Part shown: piece by piece, positions 37,101 through 41,829 of the stretch
Numbering within the stretch: the stretch's first letter is position 1
Layout of the letters: every line of letters begins with the position of its first letter
Source of the DNA: Candidatus Nomurabacteria bacterium
GTDB taxonomy: Bacteria; Patescibacteriota; Minisyncoccia; Phycocordibacterales; UBA9973
Length of the DNA: 41,829 nucleotides
Direction: 5' to 3'
Assembly: GCA_029288725.1 (NCBI GenBank)
Contig: JARIGS010000016.1
Span: forward strand, 1 to 41,829
Made by a program: the position numbers and the translations under genes
The notes under the pieces: generated by a model
What the model was told of the DNA's origin: nothing
Databases searched by the model: none
Seen by the model: only the letters and a program-made list of their open reading frames with translations

Positions 37101-37183
37101 TTACCAGCTTCTCACAAATGCGAACTTTTGTAGGTCAGAAATGGTCATTAAGTTGGTTCTAACTTCGTCCAGTGCCCACAGCA
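37101..37183 (-). other. detached 3' end of the serine recombinase gene (tail of the excised form)
   Basis: In frame after the core: WALDEVRTNLMTISDLQKFAFVRSW-stop. Confidence 0.75.
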
Positions 37184-37192
37184 AATAAAAAA

Positions 37193-37211
37193 GACTGTTT
37201 ATTAAACAGTC
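37193..37211. terminator. terminator hairpin just outside the island
   Basis: GACTGTTT-ATT-AAACAGTC with a T-run on the - strand. Confidence 0.6.
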
Positions 37212-37238
37212 CTTGATAGAGAAAATAAATTATTCATC

Positions 37239-37622
37239 CTAAGAGTTTGCGAATGGATCAGTGAAGGTATGTTCAGGAAAATGGAATACCAGACACTTGA
37301 TGTTTAACTCTTTGAGCATGTCTTTGATTTTGAAAAACGTAACATCGTCTACTATAACTAATTCAAGATTGCTCTTGTCGAAAGAAAAGATCTTTTGAGT
37401 TTGAGCATTTATAGAAGTTCTAGTACTAAATGCAATTGTTTTGTACTTTGATAGGTCATAGTCATTTCGTGAATAAAGATTTTCTTCATGCTTGAACGGT
37501 ACTCCATCTGATTCAAAAATAAATTCCATCGCAAGTTCAAATTGCTCCATGTGTGTTCCGTTGCAAATTGCAACAGGGTATTTGATCCTTTCGAAAAAGT
37601 CTCCTAGCCAGGTTGTCTGCAT
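37239..37622 (-). CDS. hypothetical protein
   Basis: 127 aa; TTGACA-16bp-TAGTAT promoter; AGAAAAAC leader. Confidence 0.65.
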   Translation of the reverse strand: MQTTWLGDFFERIKYPVAICNGTHMEQFELAMEFIFESDGVPFKHEENLYSRNDYDLSKYKTIAFSTRTSINAQTQKIFSFDKSNLELVIVDDVTFFKIKDMLKELNIKCLVFHFPEHTFTDPFANS

Positions 37623-37708
37623 ATTGTAAGTTTTTCTGAATACTACGTATTAATGACTGTTTGTCAATATTAAAGTTCCAACATCGACCCAAACTGCCAA
37701 CAAATGAA

Positions 37709-37736
37709 AAAGGGCGTTCGCATGCGAACGCCCTTT
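37709..37736. terminator. palindromic terminator
   Basis: AAAGGGCGTTCGCATGCGAACGCCCTTT. Confidence 0.75.
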
Positions 37737-37742
37737 GGTTTT

Positions 37743-38051
37743 TTAGCCCATCTCGGGAAATAAAATATTCTTAATAGTAAAAAATTTTCCCTTGTACAAA
37801 GAATGCAACAATCCGGCAACGCATGCCAAGAGGTAGATACCAATTATCCAATGGCCCAAGTAAAATAAAGGCAAAGGTAGGGCTACTAGCAAAAGCAGGA
37901 GCGCTATTCTCAAACAGACAATAATTAGATACAAAACTGCACAGAGAGCAAGAATAATTGCTACGGGATACAGTATGAAGAGAGCTAATAGTGTTGCTCC
38001 CGCTATTAGGCCAGCGCCTAAGAGGTTGTTTCTTGAAAATATCCTTTTCAT
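37743..38051 (-). CDS. hypothetical membrane protein
   Basis: Very hydrophobic 102 aa; TTGACA-16bp-TATTGT promoter; AGAAAAAC leader. Confidence 0.65.
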   Translation of the reverse strand: MKRIFSRNNLLGAGLIAGATLLALFILYPVAIILALCAVLYLIIVCLRIALLLLLVALPLPLFYLGHWIIGIYLLACVAGLLHSLYKGKFFTIKNILFPEMG

Positions 38052-38162
38052 GTTTTAAGGTTTTTCTTTACAATACTTTATTATCGGATTCTGTCAATAT
38101 ATTTCTAGCTGTAATCTCCGTCATTCTTTCGAGTATCTTATTTCCGCGGTATACTAGGCTTG

Positions 38163-38675
38163 ATGAAGAAAACCATTACTCCAAAGGAATACGTGCACAA
38201 GACCATGAAATCTCCGGTAGGGATGCTGACATTGGTGGCAAGCGACAAGGGGTTGGCGGCTATTTTGTGGGAGAAGGAAAAACCAGGACGGGTGAAGATT
38301 GTCATAGGGAAAGAAAATAAGAAGCACCCAATACTGATGGAGGCGGAAAAACAATTGAAGGAATATTTTGCGAAGCAGCGTCAGAAGTTTGATCTGCCGT
38401 TGGATTTCAACGGAACAGATTTTCAGAAGAAGGTCTGGAAGGCATTGCTTAACATTCCGTTTGGGCAGACCGTCAGCTATGGAGCAATTGCAAAGAAAAT
38501 CGGTACCCCTACGGCAGTTCGTGCCGTTGGTGCCGCCAATGGCAAGAACCCCATTTCAATCATTGCAGCCTGTCATCGCGTCATCGGTTCCTCCGGCAAG
38601 CTCACCGGCTATGCTGGTGGCATGGAAAACAAAGTTCTCTTGTTGGAGTTGGAAGGAGGAAGCTTCAATAAATAG
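38163..38675 (+). CDS. ogt: methylated-DNA--protein-cysteine methyltransferase
   Basis: GTDFQ.KVW, SYG.IA, RAVGAANG.NP, ACHRV, GYAGG. Confidence 0.93.
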   Translation: MKKTITPKEYVHKTMKSPVGMLTLVASDKGLAAILWEKEKPGRVKIVIGKENKKHPILMEAEKQLKEYFAKQRQKFDLPLDFNGTDFQKKVWKALLNIPFGQTVSYGAIAKKIGTPTAVRAVGAANGKNPISIIAACHRVIGSSGKLTGYAGGMENKVLLLELEGGSFNK

Positions 38676-38703
38676 AAAGGCCCCACCGTAGGTGGGGCCT
38701 TTC
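38676..38703. terminator. bidirectional terminator
   Basis: AAAGGCCCCACC-GTA-GGTGGGGCCTTT. Confidence 0.8.
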
Positions 38704-38706
38704 TTA

Positions 38707-38817
38707 TTACTTCTTCTTTGCGGCAAGCATTTCACGCTTGATCGCTAGACGCTTTGCGGTCTTGTGCGACTTGTTTGATTTTGGGTGAACACCCAGGGTT
38801 TTGTCTCGTTTTGCCAT
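38707..38817 (-). CDS. small basic protein, 36 aa (not in the ORF track)
   Basis: MAKRDKTLGVHPKSNKSHKTAKRLAIKREMLAAKKK; TATACT upstream, terminator downstream. Confidence 0.65.
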   Translation of the reverse strand: MAKRDKTLGVHPKSNKSHKTAKRLAIKREMLAAKKK

Positions 38818-38949
38818 GGAAATAGGTTATCTTAATAAGATAGGGACAGTATACAGTAAAAGCTTAAAAAATCCACCAGAGAAATAGCAAAGAAATAATA
38901 GAGCAAACAAAAACCATCCCGTCGGGATGGTTTCCAGTAGCGCCATTCA

Positions 38950-39447
38950 TCATGCAACTGCCTTTGAAGTTTCTTCAATAACGGCAGTATCAAATGGAAA
39001 TTTTTGATGAATAATCTGCAATAACGCCTGATGAGCTTTTTCGTGGTTAGTGAACAAATTCATGTAATTGGCCAATCCTGCCGTATCAAGTTTTAAGTCA
39101 CCAATTTCATGGAACTCTTTTACCCAGGGATTGGTTTCATTGGCTGACAGAGGATATTTGTACACTAAAATGGAAATTATTTTTTTAGGGTTTTTATCCC
39201 TTATATTTCCAACGTGTAAGATAAGGCAGGATTTGTAATATCCGCCGTCGCCATCCCTGCTGTATCCAGACAGAGTGTGACTCAATTCGATACTGCTCCC
39301 AGGGGCATCTTTATCAGCCATGGCGATATCAAAAAATTTCTCCAGCATGTCTTCGTTTCGTGTAAAGATGTTCGATAATACTTTATCCGACAATGTTTGC
39401 CTTTCCAAGTATTCAAAAACTTCGATTGCTTGTTGTTCCGGGCTCAT
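38950..39447 (-). CDS. hypothetical protein
   Basis: 165 aa; TTGACG-16bp-TAGGAT promoter; AGAAAAAC leader; hairpin at 38911-38933. Confidence 0.65.
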   Translation of the reverse strand: MSPEQQAIEVFEYLERQTLSDKVLSNIFTRNEDMLEKFFDIAMADKDAPGSSIELSHTLSGYSRDGDGGYYKSCLILHVGNIRDKNPKKIISILVYKYPLSANETNPWVKEFHEIGDLKLDTAGLANYMNLFTNHEKAHQALLQIIHQKFPFDTAVIEETSKAVA

Positions 39448-39520
39448 AGTTTTTTAATTTAGAGGTTTTTCTTAATCCTACTCCTCCCAAAAAATTCGTC
39501 AAATAGGCTATACTGACCGC

Positions 39521-39835
39521 ATGACATTTAGTGAGCGAGTGGTACGGCTGGCATTGATGGTGCCTCCAGGCAAGGTCACGACCTATGGGCGCATTGCCAT
39601 AGCGGCTGGCGGGGGAGCGATGGCATCGCAGAGCGTGACTGCCATCCTTGGTAAGGCTTATCTAGCCGGACAAAGAGATATTCCTTTCCATCGGATTGTC
39701 TATGCCGACGGCCGGGTGTGGATCGACGATGCCCATCGTGCCAAACGATTGAAGCTGTACAAGGAAGAGGGTATTGTACTTGATGCAAAGGGATTCATTG
39801 TTGATTTTCGTGACAAGCTCTTTGAATTCATCTAG
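39521..39835 (+). CDS. alkyltransferase-like (ATL/MGMT-family) protein
   Basis: VPPGKVTTYG.IA, PFHRIV (no catalytic Cys), L..EG. Confidence 0.85.
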   Translation: MTFSERVVRLALMVPPGKVTTYGRIAIAAGGGAMASQSVTAILGKAYLAGQRDIPFHRIVYADGRVWIDDAHRAKRLKLYKEEGIVLDAKGFIVDFRDKLFEFI

Positions 39836-39906
39836 CTATTGCAAAACGGTTCAGACAGGTATAGAGTTTGAGGAAACCAATTCGTTCACTCTAAATTGTA
39901 GATCGT

Positions 39907-40119
39907 ATGAACATACTTAAGGTTACTACTCTGCTGGTCATATTGGCCATATCGTGGGCATTTTCCCTTGTGCTCGTATTATTGTTCACCGGCTCACTTT
40001 CTTCATTTTTACCCTATTACTTAAAAGGCCTTGCATGCATTGCAACAATGGTGCTTATGATAGCCCTGTATTGCATGGATCAGCCCATGCTCAAAAATTA
40101 TAAAAGGAAGGAAGCATAA
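39907..40119 (+). CDS. small 2-TM hypothetical protein
   Basis: 70-aa hydrophobic ORF followed by the palindrome at 40138-40167. Confidence 0.6.
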   Translation: MNILKVTTLLVILAISWAFSLVLVLLFTGSLSSFLPYYLKGLACIATMVLMIALYCMDQPMLKNYKRKEA

Positions 40120-40137
40120 GTCTGCATCTTTTTTAAT

Positions 40138-40167
40138 AAAGGTCATTCATCATGATGAATGACCTTT
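40138..40167. terminator. perfect 30-bp palindromic terminator
   Basis: AAAGGTCATTCATCATGATGAATGACCTTT followed by T-runs. Confidence 0.75.
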
Positions 40168-40209
40168 TTATTTTTTGTTCATCATTCTGAAGAGTGGTAT
40201 CATATCACT

Positions 40210-41577
40210 ATGAGCGAAAGCGATCTTGAGAACATTGTCGCGATGCCAGCCGAACTGTTAGAGGCCGGTGTTGAAAAGGCGACACTCCTGGAAAAGGAAA
40301 TTATCAATAAGAAACCATTCACGGTCGCAAAAGAATACTGGAACAATCTTGGTCCTGGTCTTACTACCGGTGCTTCTGATGATGACCCTTCCGGTATTGC
40401 AACTTATTCACAGACCGGTGCCCAGTACGGCACCCAGCTACTCTGGCTGTCACTGTTCACGTTTCCATTAATGGCCGTAGTCCAGGAAATGTGTGCTCGC
40501 ATCGGCATGGTCAGCGGTCGGGGATTGGCAGCGAATATCCGCCTGCATTATTCCAAGACGATACTGTATATCGCTACCTTTTTTCTTGTTGCAGCAAACG
40601 TCTTTAATATCGGCGCCGACTTGGGAGCGATGGCCCAGGGTGCCCGATTGCTGTCACCGCAGCTGAGCTTCGGATTACTCGTCATTGGCTTCGGTGTGCT
40701 CAGCTTGTTACTGCAGATTTTCACGACCTATGCCCGCTATGCTAAGTACCTCAAATACCTGGCATTAGTATTGTTGTCATACGTCTTCTCATCACTCTTC
40801 ATCAACCTGCACTGGCATGTCGTGCTCTTTCATACCTTTGTACCGTCACTCAATTTCTCCCGCCAGCAGCTCTTCCTGATCTGTGCCATTCTCGGTACAA
40901 CCATTTCGCCGTACCTTTTCTTCTGGCAGACTTCCCAGGAAGTGGAAGAGGAAATCCTAAAAGGCGAGCAGACTATCAGTGAGCGACAGCACGCTGTTCG
41001 TTCTCGCGATATCAAAAGCATGCGGGCCGATGTCTGGACCGGCATGTTCGTATCAAATGTTGTGATGTTCTTCATCATTGCCGTTTGCGGAGCGACGCTG
41101 TACACCCACGGTATCACTAACATCACCAGCGCTGCTGATGCTGCTACGGCACTGAAGCCATTTGCAGGAAACCTTGCCTACGTACTGTTTGCAATCGGCA
41201 TCATGGGCACTGGTATGCTTGCTATTCCGGTCCTGGCTGGCGCATCATCGTATGCCGTGTCTGAAAGCATGGGCTGGAAGTTCGGTCTGTACCGCAAGTT
41301 AAAAAATGCCTACGCATTCTATGGCGTTATTATCCTAGCCATGATTGTCGGTATCGGTCTGAACTTTATTGGTCTTGATCCGATCAAGGCATTGATCTAT
41401 TCTGCCGTGGGAAATGGCCTTGTGGCGCCAATCATTCTCTTCTTTGTCGTCCAGCTTAGTAGCAACAAGGACATCATGGGCAAATACGTAAACAAGCGGC
41501 ACATTACCTGGCTCGGCTGGCTCATCACTGCGGTAATGGCAGTAGCAGGGATAGCGGTGATTGTATCGTTGTTCTAG
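40210..41577 (+). CDS. NRAMP-family divalent cation transporter
   Basis: GPGL...DDDPSGIATYSQ.GA, QEMCARIG, GTTISPY; about 11 TM; start 6 nt after TATCAT. Confidence 0.9.
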   Translation: MSESDLENIVAMPAELLEAGVEKATLLEKEIINKKPFTVAKEYWNNLGPGLTTGASDDDPSGIATYSQTGAQYGTQLLWLSLFTFPLMAVVQEMCARIGMVSGRGLAANIRLHYSKTILYIATFFLVAANVFNIGADLGAMAQGARLLSPQLSFGLLVIGFGVLSLLLQIFTTYARYAKYLKYLALVLLSYVFSSLFINLHWHVVLFHTFVPSLNFSRQQLFLICAILGTTISPYLFFWQTSQEVEEEILKGEQTISERQHAVRSRDIKSMRADVWTGMFVSNVVMFFIIAVCGATLYTHGITNITSAADAATALKPFAGNLAYVLFAIGIMGTGMLAIPVLAGASSYAVSESMGWKFGLYRKLKNAYAFYGVIILAMIVGIGLNFIGLDPIKALIYSAVGNGLVAPIILFFVVQLSSNKDIMGKYVNKRHITWLGWLITAVMAVAGIAVIVSLF

Positions 41578-41638
41578 GGCGTTGCAAAAATAAATCCTTA
41601 TAGTAGAATGGTCTTACTTCTTTTGAAGTAGCCCACAT

Positions 41639-41711
41639 GGGCCCTTAGCTCAGCTGGTAGAGCAGTGCTTTTGCAAAGCAAAGGTCAGGAGTTCGAATCT
41701 CCTAGGGTCCA
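41639..41711 (+). tRNA. trnA: tRNA-Ala(TGC)
   Basis: GGGCCCT/AGGGTCC with G3:U70; TTTGCAA anticodon loop; TTCGAAT T-loop. Confidence 0.93.
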
Positions 41712-41753
41712 CAAAGAAAAAACCATTATCAGGAGATAATGGTTTTTTCTTTG

Positions 41754-41826
41754 TGGACCCTAGGAGATTCGAACTCCTGACCTTTGCTTTGCAAAAGCAC
41801 TGCTCTACCAGCTGAGCTAAGGGCCC
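41754..41826 (-). tRNA. inverted copy of tRNA-Ala(TGC), probably a fold-back artefact
   Basis: Identical mirror of 41639-41711. Confidence 0.3.
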
Positions 41827-41829
41827 ATG

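Larger units (their letters stand above)
28140..37183. mobile_element. ~9.0-kb integrative element at the tRNA-Gln 3' end, core CAGCA
   Basis: CCCGCAGCA (28136-28144) and CCCACAGCA (37175-37183); serine recombinase, Xis-like HTH and tyrosine recombinase; joining the ends restores an in-frame recombinase tail. Confidence 0.8.
41636..41829. repeat. perfect 95-bp inverted repeat with a 4-nt loop, running to the contig end
   Basis: 41636-41730 is the reverse complement of 41735-41829; loop AGGA. Confidence 0.95.

Noticed and set aside
28145-37183. Prophage or conjugative element
   Set aside because: No structural, terminase, relaxase or T4SS genes are recognisable within the island.

Overview
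This 41.8 kb window looks like a Patescibacteria/CPR (Parcubacteria-like) chromosome segment; the taxonomy is inferred from gene content and style. It carries housekeeping genes (ychF, tsaC, rpmG, miaA, parB, a short rel, topA, dprA, serS, ftsQ-like, dus, dnaX), DNA-repair genes (family-4 UDG, Mpg, Ogt, ATL), four tRNAs (Trp, Leu, Gln, Ala) and many AT-rich ORFans. Main finding: a ~9.0 kb element (28145-37183) is integrated at the 3' end of tRNA-Gln, and its large serine recombinase gene spans the attachment site. When integrated, the last 14 aa of the enzyme are read from the antisense strand of the tRNA. An in-frame 25-aa alternative tail sits 9 kb away at the other end, so excision would swap the C-terminus. 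Other signals: (1) GC-rich palindromic repeats inserted in frame in five conserved genes, with one further copy next to a GIY-YIG nuclease; (2) a small structured RNA with its own promoter, convergent on a BECR-like nuclease; (3) a pseudoknot-capable RNA inside the island; (4) a pair of hairpins with complementary loops; (5) widespread leaderless starts alongside a stereotyped class of ORFan cassettes; (6) a cysteine-free MsrA. Both contig ends carry probable technical artefacts: a Tn5 adapter and a 95-bp fold-back. All calls come from reading the sequence; no database searches were run.
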